From NCBI GenBank assembly GCA_016182185.1, contig JACOXU010000001.1, positions 115,190 through 179,189 on the forward strand: a stretch of 64,000 nt of DNA, read 5' to 3'. The translations under genes and the position numbers were made by a program. The DNA is from Candidatus Levyibacteriota bacterium (GTDB taxonomy: Bacteria > Patescibacteriota > Microgenomatia > Levybacterales > UBA12049). Below, piece after piece: positions 34,105-42,970 of this stretch. Each line of letters begins with the position of its first letter. Positions within the stretch are counted from its first letter, which is position 1. Under the pieces are notes generated by a model that saw only the letters and a list, made by a program, of their open reading frames with translations, was not told where the DNA came from and searched no databases.

Positions 34105-35898
34105 ATGTCTGACCCCTACAAGATGGTAATCATTAGCATATTGGCTTTTCTCACTCTTGTAATTGGAGTTTTAGCCTATAAATATATTTATCCAAAGAAA
34201 AATATTAGTTTATTTATTTTACTTATTTTAATATCCCTTCTCCCATTAGTAAGTCTTCTTAGGATAGGCAGTTATGAAAGCGGCGATCTGACTCAAAATG
34301 TATTTAAATCTATGGAGTTTTATAATTCGATTCAACAAGGCAATCTTATTCCTAGATGGGCAGGAAACCTTAATGCAACTTATGGATATCCGCTTTTTGT
34401 TTTTGTTTATCCACTACCTTTTTACGTGGTATTTTTTTTTCATTTTATTGGCTTTTCTTTTATTTCAAGTATCAAATTACTAATCGCATCATCGTTTATT
34501 TTATCAGGGGTTGGGATGTATTTTTTTGTAAAAGAGGAGTTTGGCAAATTTTCAGCTTTTGTAAGTGGGATATTTTATCTTTTCGCACCCTATCATCTTG
34601 TAGACATGCACTTCAGAGTGAGTATCGGAGAACTGGCTTCTTTTGCCCTCCTACCTTTTTCTTTTTTATTCGTCCATAAATTATTAATCAAGAAGTCTTC
34701 GATTATTTTTATACTTGCGGTAATTTCATTATTTTTGCTCTTTCTGGCAAACCCGGCAATTTCATTCATTTGTATCATTTTGATTGCGATATATGCAATC
34801 TTTATCTGTATTCAAAAAAAAGAAAGGAAAATCATCGATGTTATTTATCTTATTCCTGCGTTATTATTTTCCCTAGGACTTTCTGCATTTTATTGGATGC
34901 CTGTTATATTTGAATCAAAATTTACACATCAAGCGATTTATGTAAGTCAAATTAGTTTTGTAAAGTTTCAAGAATTATTGTATTCATCATGGAGGTACGG
35001 CTTTTTATTTCAAGGACCAAAGGGAGAATTATCTTTCTTGATAGGATATGTTCAAATTTTAGTGATTGCTCTTTGCATCTATTTACTAATCAAAAATCAA
35101 TTTACTAAAATTCGAAAATCAAATGTCATGTTTTATTTAATTCTTTTATTGTCATTATTTTTTTTACTTCTTCCTATCTCAAGTTTTGTCTGGGATAAAA
35201 TTTCAATTCTCAAAAATTTTCAATTTACCTATAGACTTCTTCTCTTTGTCTCATTTATCACAGCTGTCCTTGCCGGAATTCTCGCAACAAAAATTAATAA
35301 AAAAATCATACTATTTATTTGCCTCTTAGCAATTCTTCAGACAATTCTAAACTGGGGAAACCGCCGGACAATTCCTCAAATTAATGATTCTGTTCTCTCA
35401 TCTCAATTACCAATGAGCACTTCAGCAGGCGAAGGATTTCAACCTGCAGCGCCCAAATGGATCGACCCTGACAATCCGTGGCAGAAAAATATCCCGAATA
35501 ATCATCTTGAAGTATTGAGAGGCAAAGCCGAAATAACTGAGCTTGAAAGAATATCAACCAGGCATGAGTACAGAGTTAATGTATCATATATTTCAAATTT
35601 TAAAGAAAATACACTTTATTTCCCAAATTGGCAAGTAACCGCCAATAACAAAATTCTTCCGATTAATTTCACCGACCCCAAATATCCGGGAGTCATAACA
35701 TTTCAACTTGAACCGGGAAGCTATAAAATTATCGTAGAATTTAAAAATACAATTGTCAGAAATTCTTCGAATACATTAAGCGGAGTTAGTTTTTTAATTT
35801 TATTTCTATATTTGCTCTCTATTTTAATTCGAAAAGTTAATTTTTTTTCCAAAGTTTTAAATAAGCTTCTGCCATCTTCTTCCAAGTCTCATTTTTAA
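34105..35898 (+). CDS. YfhO/'6-pyruvoyl-tetrahydropterin synthase-related' GT-C membrane protein
   Basis: PRWAG-LN--YGYPLF, APYH, R---GE, QF-YR, YFPNW. Confidence 0.75.
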   Translation: MSDPYKMVIISILAFLTLVIGVLAYKYIYPKKNISLFILLILISLLPLVSLLRIGSYESGDLTQNVFKSMEFYNSIQQGNLIPRWAGNLNATYGYPLFVFVYPLPFYVVFFFHFIGFSFISSIKLLIASSFILSGVGMYFFVKEEFGKFSAFVSGIFYLFAPYHLVDMHFRVSIGELASFALLPFSFLFVHKLLIKKSSIIFILAVISLFLLFLANPAISFICIILIAIYAIFICIQKKERKIIDVIYLIPALLFSLGLSAFYWMPVIFESKFTHQAIYVSQISFVKFQELLYSSWRYGFLFQGPKGELSFLIGYVQILVIALCIYLLIKNQFTKIRKSNVMFYLILLLSLFFLLLPISSFVWDKISILKNFQFTYRLLLFVSFITAVLAGILATKINKKIILFICLLAILQTILNWGNRRTIPQINDSVLSSQLPMSTSAGEGFQPAAPKWIDPDNPWQKNIPNNHLEVLRGKAEITELERISTRHEYRVNVSYISNFKENTLYFPNWQVTANNKILPINFTDPKYPGVITFQLEPGSYKIIVEFKNTIVRNSSNTLSGVSFLILFLYLLSILIRKVNFFSKVLNKLLPSSSKSHF

Positions 35899-36931
35899 CC
35901 CATTCAAAACCTTGATCTATCATTTGATTCCTTTTTTTCTCATGTCTTAAATAATAGTTAATCTGATCGTAAAGTATACGATAATTTGGAGAAATTGAAA
36001 TGTATTTTGCAAAAGGGGCCATCTGAAGATAGTCTTTTTTTATTTCATTATTATAAGCTGCAAATATTAATTTCTGAAAAGATAATGCCTCCAATATTCC
36101 TAAATATCTTGAAGTGAATATAAAATCAGATTTTTTTAAATACGGATCAATATTGGGCACAAACCCTTTGAAAAAGGCTTTGATTTTATGTTTTTTAGAA
36201 AATTTTTCTGCTTTCTTAAATAACGATCCATCACCAAGCACTGTAACTTCGAATTTATAATTTTTCTCTTTCAAGAGCCTTAAAGCCTTAAGATACTCCA
36301 TAATCCCTGTTTCCTCTTCCAGCCTTCCAAGAAAAAGTATTTTTTGTTTTGCTTGCCCGCCGAAGTCTTGACGAGGGCGGGAGTTTTGTATTTGGAATTT
36401 ATTTGTAATCTGTAATTTGAATTTTGGAATTTTTACCGCTCCGTAGGTGACGTAGTTTGGTTTTGTCCCATACCATTTTTTCAAAAACTCCCCTACGCAA
36501 ATATTTCCATGAGAAAGTTTCTCTGCGATTTTGTGCATTAACTTTGCTTTAAATCCTGGAATTTTGTCTCCTTCATATCCATGAAAAGTTGTAAATATTT
36601 TTTTGGATGGGTATAGAAATCTAAAAGGCAGATACCAGAAGAAAACATCGTGGGCATGCACTACATCTGCATCCTGAATTAATTTTCTATTTTTAAAAAT
36701 CTCTCTCCAAATTCTGAATTTTTTAAAATAGCCGTCTCTTCCGGCATTAACTCTTAGTACAGTTATTCCTTCAATTTTTGAATTTTGAATTTTGAATTGT
36801 TGAGGAAGAATTTCAGTTACAACCGTAACTTCATGACCTAACTTAATCAATCGTCTGCTAACTTCGACCACATGCTTCTCAACTCCACCAATATGTGGAT
36901 AAAATAAACGCGATAAAAACAAAACCCTCAT
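35837..36931 (-). CDS. GT4 glycosyltransferase
   Basis: HIGGVEKH, HAHD, TFHG, FLGRLE. Carries repeat and palindrome insertions. Confidence 0.88.
   Translation of the reverse strand: MRVLFLSRLFYPHIGGVEKHVVEVSRRLIKLGHEVTVVTEILPQQFKIQNSKIEGITVLRVNAGRDGYFKKFRIWREIFKNRKLIQDADVVHAHDVFFWYLPFRFLYPSKKIFTTFHGYEGDKIPGFKAKLMHKIAEKLSHGNICVGEFLKKWYGTKPNYVTYGAVKIPKFKLQITNKFQIQNSRPRQDFGGQAKQKILFLGRLEEETGIMEYLKALRLLKEKNYKFEVTVLGDGSLFKKAEKFSKKHKIKAFFKGFVPNIDPYLKKSDFIFTSRYLGILEALSFQKLIFAAYNNEIKKDYLQMAPFAKYISISPNYRILYDQINYYLRHEKKRNQMIDQGFEWVKNETWKKMAEAYLKLWKKN
36356..36381. repeat. 26-nt REP-like palindromic element inside the GT4 ORF
   Basis: Reverse complement CCCGCC-CTC-GTC-AA-GAC-TTC-GGCGGG; same architecture as 60401-60426. 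Confidence 0.65.
36776..36796 (+). repeat. heptamer repeat (TTTTGAA)x3 in the GT4 ORF
   Basis: Three perfect copies; encodes FKIQNSK. Confidence 0.75.
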
Positions 36932-37662
36932 CTCTTCCTCGCAACTATAATAATATTTGATTCTCCAGAAAATGGAATTGTAAGATTATCAATAAACATT
37001 ACAATATCAGAGATAAAAAATTTAATAAACCTAACTAACTTACCGGCGAACGAATTAATAAACAAATAATTTCTTATAATACCCTCTGTTTTTTTAATAT
37101 ATACTACTTCGAATCCATTCTTTAAACACAAACTTTTCAATTCTTTAACAGTATATCTTCTCAAATGCCCCACCTTCATATCAAATTCTTTCGCCAAACC
37201 CAACCTGTATAGCGGGGCGTTTTGGGAGGGCGTTGAGATGACCAGCATTCCTTTAGAATTAAGTATCGAAAATATTTTTTTTATAGCTAAATTATCATCC
37301 TTTAAATGTTCTATAACCTCTGTGAGAATAATAAAATCAAATTTTTCATTTGGAATTTCTTCGGGAAAATTCATTTTTGTAAATTTAACATTCGTTAATT
37401 TAAGATATCTCGCGCTTTGAGTTGCATTTTCAACCGCTTTCTCGGAAATATCTAAACCCAGAACTTTGTATCCTTTATTCGCATAATATAAACAAAGCGA
37501 ACCCGCTCCACTTCCGATATCCAGGATATTTTTACTTAAGCCTAAATAATTGTCGATAATTTTTAAAATAGTTTTATAGGTAAAATTATTATTTCTAATA
37601 ATTTTAGTTTGGACAGAAGTTGTATTATGAAATTCATCATAATCTATTATCTTATTTGTCAT
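36928..37662 (-). CDS. class I SAM-dependent methyltransferase
   Basis: ILDIGSGAG, EVIEHL, STP, GHLRRY. Confidence 0.85.
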   Translation of the reverse strand: MTNKIIDYDEFHNTTSVQTKIIRNNNFTYKTILKIIDNYLGLSKNILDIGSGAGSLCLYYANKGYKVLGLDISEKAVENATQSARYLKLTNVKFTKMNFPEEIPNEKFDFIILTEVIEHLKDDNLAIKKIFSILNSKGMLVISTPSQNAPLYRLGLAKEFDMKVGHLRRYTVKELKSLCLKNGFEVVYIKKTEGIIRNYLFINSFAGKLVRFIKFFISDIVMFIDNLTIPFSGESNIIIVARKR

Positions 37663-37770
37663 AAAGGATAGGATATTAAACGTATTTTACCAAATTTGTA
37701 TATTGACATAAATCATATATTTGTTTTAGTCTAATACTTATAACTAATTTCATTATTATTTACTAGCATA

Positions 37771-39627
37771 GTGAAAACTTTAAAAAGGATTCTCCCGATA
37801 ATTTTTATTTTATTTCTGTTATTTAAAACCTCAATAGTCCATGCAGATTTAGTAAATGGAGCATCTATAGATACAATTGATCTTCCATTCCAAGGAAGTA
37901 AAGAAGCACTTGTCCTAGATAAATCCCAGAATCAGTATTTTTTTGACCCTACAAAAAGTAATATTAAAACAGACGGCGATTTTACGATTGAGGCTTGGAT
38001 AAAAATTAAACAATTTCCTGCTGGGGGATCTTGGGTGGTCACAAAAGACGATGGTTCTTCCAATAGACAGTTTGGCTTTGCAGCAGCAGACATTAGGAAA
38101 ATTGCACTACAAGTAAGAGGTATCGGAAATATAAATTCGGCGAATGCTTCTCTGTCAACAAACATTTGGACATATATTGCAGTCACTTGGCATGCAGATG
38201 TTAAAAGAGCAGATTTTTACATAAATGGGCAGTATGATAGCACGACATATAGTAATGCGTTCATACCCAGTAGCGGTAATGCCGCTGAACTCCAAATTGG
38301 GAGACGGGCAGATGGAAACGCCAATACGCTTGACGGAAAAATAGCCGAAGTAAGAATATGGAATCTTGCTAGAGATTCTCTAGAAATATCTAATAATTAT
38401 AATAAAGCTCTGATAGGAAATGAGCCTGGGCTAATTGCTTATTATCCAAGATGGTCATCGGTAAATTTAAATGTTCCTCTACTTAAACAGACAGATCTCG
38501 TCTGGAAAAATAATATCTATGACTCTGCAAATATTTGGGCTCCTCTGAACCCCACTATTAATAATTGGGGCTGCGCCCTAACCTCTGCAGCAATGATCTT
38601 TCAATACCATGGGCTTACTAAGCTTCCCGACGGAACAACTCTTGACCCGGGATCATTAAATATATGGCTCAAATCTCAGCCTGACGGATATCTTAATGGT
38701 GGTAATGTGAATTGGTGGTCTCTTCCCAGACTTTCGAAATTGGCTAAAAATACAAATAGTATTACTGCATTTGAAGCACTTGAATATGAAAGAATTAATA
38801 CATCTGATAATTCTATATTGTCAAATGACATAAATAATGGAATTGCGGATATTCTGCAGGAACCAGGACATTTTGTCGTAGCCAAAGGCATTAATAATGA
38901 AACCTTCAATATAAATGACCCATTCTATAACAGAAATACATTGGATGAAGGCTATTCAAACACCTTTCTCTCTCTGAACCGATATATTCCTTCAAGTACT
39001 GATCTTTCATATATTATGATAGTAGCAAATTCAGGAATAAGTATTACCCTTAAAAATTCAGATGGGAACGAGCAAGGAGAACAATTTGAGCAACAGCCAT
39101 TGGATAATGATGAAAATCCAAGTCAAAAAAGCGGCCAGCCGATTAAAATTTTTTATTTTAAAAAGCCTGAAACCGGCCAATACCAAGTCGAGTTGAGCTC
39201 ATTAGTTAATCAAAATTATAATCTTGATTTATATTTGTATGATCAGGATGGAAATGTAAAGATTTTAAGCTACTCAGGAGTTATCGGATCGAATGCGAAC
39301 GAAACATTTGAAATAAACTTTAACAATCAGGATTCAAATAATTCCTTGAGTGAAAAAATAGTTACTTTTCAAAACTTAATTGATGATATTAACGAAGCAA
39401 AAACTTTAGATTTAATTAATAAAGGTTCTGCTAATTCACTTCTTGCAATTGCTAAAAATGCTAAAAAGAACTATGAAAGTGATCGAACTAAAATTTCCCT
39501 AAAAGAACTTGATGTTTTTCAAAAACTCCTAAATACCTTTAATACTGTACCATACGAAATTTTAATCAAAGAAGAAGCTTTTCAAATTCTTCTTTACGAC
39601 GTAAATTATCTAAAATTCCACATCTGA
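37771..39627 (+). CDS. secreted protein: LamG-like lectin domain, C39-like cysteine peptidase and C-terminal domains
   Basis: Signal peptide ending VHA; FTIEAWIK...W-YIAVT...YING...GKIAEVRIWN (LamG); Q...GCALTSAAM...GHFVV...INDP (Cys-His-Asp). Confidence 0.78.
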   Translation: MKTLKRILPIIFILFLLFKTSIVHADLVNGASIDTIDLPFQGSKEALVLDKSQNQYFFDPTKSNIKTDGDFTIEAWIKIKQFPAGGSWVVTKDDGSSNRQFGFAAADIRKIALQVRGIGNINSANASLSTNIWTYIAVTWHADVKRADFYINGQYDSTTYSNAFIPSSGNAAELQIGRRADGNANTLDGKIAEVRIWNLARDSLEISNNYNKALIGNEPGLIAYYPRWSSVNLNVPLLKQTDLVWKNNIYDSANIWAPLNPTINNWGCALTSAAMIFQYHGLTKLPDGTTLDPGSLNIWLKSQPDGYLNGGNVNWWSLPRLSKLAKNTNSITAFEALEYERINTSDNSILSNDINNGIADILQEPGHFVVAKGINNETFNINDPFYNRNTLDEGYSNTFLSLNRYIPSSTDLSYIMIVANSGISITLKNSDGNEQGEQFEQQPLDNDENPSQKSGQPIKIFYFKKPETGQYQVELSSLVNQNYNLDLYLYDQDGNVKILSYSGVIGSNANETFEINFNNQDSNNSLSEKIVTFQNLIDDINEAKTLDLINKGSANSLLAIAKNAKKNYESDRTKISLKELDVFQKLLNTFNTVPYEILIKEEAFQILLYDVNYLKFHI

Positions 39628-39639
39628 AACCGGATTTTG

Positions 39640-39713
39640 TGCTCGTGCCTGGATTCGAACCAGGGACCTTTGCAATGTGAATGCAACGCTCTAACCAGCT
39701 GAGCCACACGAGC
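39640..39713 (-). tRNA. tRNA-Val(CAC)
   Basis: Minus strand: GCTCGTG...GCTCAGCTGGTTAGAGC, anticodon stem TTGCA/TGCAA with loop TTCACAT, T arm CCTGG-TTCGAAT-CCAGG, CACGAGC-A. CCA not encoded. Confidence 0.95.
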
Positions 39714-39775
39714 ATCAAACACCAACATCTTAGCATAAATGAGTGTCATTGACAAAAAAGCTCGAATAACCGAAA

Positions 39776-40345
39776 ATGAAATATATGATCTTAGAAATTT
39801 TAAGAAAAATTTACACCTTTCTGATTGATATTGTTCAGACTTTACTTTTGGCAGCGGCTGTATTTTTGGTAGTTTATGTCTTTCTCTTTAGGCCCTTTCA
39901 GGTCAACGGAGACTCAATGTACCCGAATTTTCATGATAAGGAATATATTCTAACAAATATAATTGTGCTTAACTTTGAAGAACCCAAAAGAGGAGAAGTA
40001 ATAGTCTTTAAGGCTCCGCCTGACCCTGAAAAGGATTATATAAAAAGGGTGATAGGGGTGTCTGGAGATAAAGTCACAATCGAAAAGGGACAAGTTTATT
40101 TAAACGATCAAAAGCTTGATGAAAGTAAATATCTCAAATCCGATGTTTTGACTTTTGGAGGATCTTTCCTGAAGGAAAACAGTCAAGTTACAGTGCCTAG
40201 TCAGATGTATTTTGTTCTAGGAGATAATAGATCCTTCAGCTCCGATTCAAGAGAATGGGGATTTGTGTCAAAAAAATCTGTGATCGGTAAATCCTTCTTT
40301 GTTTACTGGCCGCTAAACAAGCTTGGGTTTGTCAAAAATCTTTAA
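39776..40345 (+). CDS. lepB: signal peptidase I (Ser-Lys type)
   Basis: GDSMYP, YIKRVIG, GDNRSFSSDSR. Start may be ATG 39785. Confidence 0.95.
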   Translation: MKYMILEILRKIYTFLIDIVQTLLLAAAVFLVVYVFLFRPFQVNGDSMYPNFHDKEYILTNIIVLNFEEPKRGEVIVFKAPPDPEKDYIKRVIGVSGDKVTIEKGQVYLNDQKLDESKYLKSDVLTFGGSFLKENSQVTVPSQMYFVLGDNRSFSSDSREWGFVSKKSVIGKSFFVYWPLNKLGFVKNL

Positions 40346-41169
40346 ACTCCGGCTTTCATCAGAATATCGTAGATCTCCTTAAGCTTTGGTGTAGTTTTGT
40401 CTGTTTCTCCTCTTACTGCAATAACCATTCTAGCAAGACTTCTTGACTGGAAAACTGTCACCTTATCTAATTCAAGCTTTTTCTCAATCTCTTTGGCCAT
40501 TTCATCAAGCTCTGGAATCCAAAGCCTGTCATGCGGTGTACGGGGTTCTTTTTTTTCTATTTCTGCTTTGACCTGACGTGCCATATCCTCTGTCTGGCGA
40601 ACGGTACTATTTTCCCGCAATATCTTCTTGAACAAATCAAGCATTGCCTTCTGGTCTCCGAGTGAAATCAGCGGTCTCACATGCCCTTCTGTAATTACTC
40701 CAGCAACTAAAGCATCTTTGATTGCATCAGGGAGCGTCAAGAGTCTAATTGTATTTGATACGGCAGGAGCGCTCTTACCAACTCTTTTGGCAACTTCATT
40801 AGTTCCGAGTCCAAATTCATCAATAAGCCTTTTGTAGGCTAGTGCTTTTTCGATTGGGTTTAAATCCTCCCTCTGGACATTCTCAACTATCGACATTTCA
40901 AGCATTGCCTGAGGAGTTGTTTCTTTCACAACTACCGGAACCTTCAAGAGTCCAAGTAGCTTAGCCGCTCTCCACCTTCGTTCTCCTGCAATAATTTGAT
41001 ATCCTGCAGGAGTCCTGGCAACAACCAGAGGTTCAAGTATTCCCTGTTCTCTAATTGATTCAGCCAGCTCATTTAATGATTCAGGGGAAATTACCCCACG
41101 AGGCTGTAAGGGGTTTGTCTGGAGCATATTGACATCAAGCTCAAAAATTCTCTCTTCCTGCTCTTCCAT
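40342..41169 (-). CDS. parB: ParB/Spo0J chromosome partitioning protein
   Basis: QPR, IAGERRWRA, ENVQREDL, HTH. Confidence 0.93.
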   Translation of the reverse strand: MEEQEERIFELDVNMLQTNPLQPRGVISPESLNELAESIREQGILEPLVVARTPAGYQIIAGERRWRAAKLLGLLKVPVVVKETTPQAMLEMSIVENVQREDLNPIEKALAYKRLIDEFGLGTNEVAKRVGKSAPAVSNTIRLLTLPDAIKDALVAGVITEGHVRPLISLGDQKAMLDLFKKILRENSTVRQTEDMARQVKAEIEKKEPRTPHDRLWIPELDEMAKEIEKKLELDKVTVFQSRSLARMVIAVRGETDKTTPKLKEIYDILMKAGV

Positions 41170-41177
41170 AAAATAAA

Positions 41178-41423
41178 TTAGATGACTTCAACAACCTTTT
41201 TACCTCTTGACGTTTTAAAAGAGACTATCCCATTTTGGACAGCAAACAAGGTAAAATCCCTACCCATCTCAACTCCTGTTCCTGGAAAAAATTTAGTTCC
41301 TCTTTGTCGTACAATAATATTTCCTGAGTTTATATTTTGTCCTCCATAGACTTTAATACCAAGACGTTTGGCCCTGGAATCTCTATTTCCTTTTACTGCT
41401 CCTTGTGACTTTGTATGTGCCAT
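41178..41423 (-). CDS. rpmA: 50S ribosomal protein L27
   Basis: MAHTKSQG...[11 protein letters not shown]...IIVRQRG. Confidence 0.97.
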   Translation of the reverse strand: MAHTKSQGAVKGNRDSRAKRLGIKVYGGQNINSGNIIVRQRGTKFFPGTGVEMGRDFTLFAVQNGIVSFKTSRGKKVVEVI

Positions 41424-41458
41424 AGTTAGTTTTTAGTTCTTAGATATTAGTTATTAGT
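41424..41458 (+). repeat. degenerate heptamer repeat (NNTTAGW)x5 in the rpmA 5' region
   Basis: agttagt-ttttagt-tcttaga-tattagt-tattagt. Confidence 0.6.
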
Positions 41459-41481
41459 TAAATACCGTGAAAATCAAGCAA

Positions 41482-41510
41482 ATTATAACAATCCTTTTCA
41501 CAACGGTCAA
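41482..41510 (-). promoter_or_regulatory. internal promoter for rpmA-parB
   Basis: TTGACC-17 nt-TATAAT with TGn extension on the minus strand. Confidence 0.65.
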
Positions 41511-41530
41511 GGGGGTCAAAATACATCAAT

Positions 41531-41863
41531 TTATCTGGACTTTGATTTAATAAGCTCAATATCCTCAATCTGAAGCCTAGTTAGCCTTGATCTAAATCCC
41601 GAGATTCTTCGATGTCTTACTTTGGCCTGAAATTTTGCCACTCTTATCTTTTTTCCTTTTTTTTGCTCAAGTACTTTTGCCTTAACCTTGACTCCTGAAA
41701 GTTTTGGTTTGCCGATTTTTATCTGACCGTCCTGAACATAAAGAAGTACATTATCAATGTCTATCTTGGAATTTCCCTCTTCGGCAATCCTGTCAACTTC
41801 GATAATATCCCCCTTGGATATTCTGTATTGCTTTGATCCTAAATTTATTACTGCGTATTCCAT
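41531..41863 (-). CDS. rplU: 50S ribosomal protein L21
   Basis: YAVINLGSKQYRI...GKP...KGKKI...GFR. Confidence 0.95.
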   Translation of the reverse strand: MEYAVINLGSKQYRISKGDIIEVDRIAEEGNSKIDIDNVLLYVQDGQIKIGKPKLSGVKVKAKVLEQKKGKKIRVAKFQAKVRHRRISGFRSRLTRLQIEDIELIKSKSR

Positions 41864-41887
41864 AGAAGAACAATTATACCAAACAAA

Positions 41888-42970
41888 TTACCTAATTTCT
41901 AGAATCTCCCTGTTTGATGATGTTTTAACAATTGAGGAAAGAAATCCCAACAATATAAAATTAGACAAAAGAGAGCTCCCTCCATATGAAACAAACGGAA
42001 GAGTAATTCCTACAATTGGGAGCACTCCCAAATTCATTCCGATATTTATTGAAAACTGAACAAAAATTAAAAAAAAGGAAGACACTGCAACTAGCTTACA
42101 GAAGTAATCATCAGATTGATTGTAGATAGAGTGTATTTTTGCCAGCAGGAATATGAATGCGCCGATTACTATCAATGCACCAAAGAAGCCAAGTGCTTCA
42201 GAAAGTGTTGAAAAAATAAAGTCAGTGTGCCTTTCGGGCAAAAATCTCAGTATTGATTGCGTCCCCTGTCCAAGCCCCCTACCAAACAAGGACCCTGAAC
42301 CTATTGCAATAATTGCCTGTATGGCATTGTAGGACGTACCTAACGGGTCGCTTTTAAGGTTTAAAAACGTAATTAAACGCTCCCTCTGATAGCCATGAAG
42401 AAAGTTCCAGATGATTGGAAGCATCGATAGAAAAAATAAAAAAGATAATATAAAGAAACGAATTGAGAAACCTAGGTTAAAAAGAACCAAAAATACTACA
42501 AACACAAAAACCAATGCATTACCAAGATCCGGTTGAAGAAATATCAGAAGTGCTATAGGGAACAAAAAAACTAGATTCAAAATAAAATTTTTGAACGATT
42601 TCTTATCTTGTGATGACAGAAAAGAAGCAAAAGAAAAAATCAAAAACGGTTTGATAAGCTCAGAAAATTGCACTCTGAAACCTAGAAATTCAAACCAGCG
42701 AACTGACCCTCTGCTCTCAATTCCTATAATAAGCACCAAGAGCAACAATAATATTGAAGATACGTAAATTATAAAATCGTATTGTTTAATTGTGTGATAA
42801 TTTATTTTTGAGAAAAAGAAAAAAACAAAGATAGAGATAATAGAAAAAATTAGCTGGGATTTAAACAAATTAATATTTATTGTAAAAATTGTCGTAAGTC
42901 CCAAAATTAAAAGTATCAAAACCGGAGTCAGGAGTCCCCAGTCAATATCCAAAAATGTACGTTTATTCAT
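41888..42970 (-). CDS. rodA: SEDS peptidoglycan glycosyltransferase RodA
   Basis: RW, Q-SE--K, QPDLG, YQRER, LPERHTDFIF, PFVSYGGSS. The ftsW copy is in the dcw cluster. Confidence 0.88.
   Translation of the reverse strand: MNKRTFLDIDWGLLTPVLILLILGLTTIFTININLFKSQLIFSIISIFVFFFFSKINYHTIKQYDFIIYVSSILLLLLVLIIGIESRGSVRWFEFLGFRVQFSELIKPFLIFSFASFLSSQDKKSFKNFILNLVFLFPIALLIFLQPDLGNALVFVFVVFLVLFNLGFSIRFFILSFLFFLSMLPIIWNFLHGYQRERLITFLNLKSDPLGTSYNAIQAIIAIGSGSLFGRGLGQGTQSILRFLPERHTDFIFSTLSEALGFFGALIVIGAFIFLLAKIHSIYNQSDDYFCKLVAVSSFFLIFVQFSINIGMNLGVLPIVGITLPFVSYGGSSLLSNFILLGFLSSIVKTSSNREILEIR

Noticed and set aside
18151-34440. Poly-A/T runs of 8-9 nt in glycosylation genes as phase-variable tracts
   Set aside because: Expected in such AT-rich, Phe/Lys-rich genes, and similar runs occur in housekeeping genes.
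11927-39713. Glycosylation region bracketed by two tRNA genes as an integrative island
   Set aside because: No integrase or transposase is present, and I saw no duplicated tRNA 3' end (att site).
40342-41530. parS site near parB
   Set aside because: No match to the TGTTTCACGTGAAACA-type palindrome was seen by eye.
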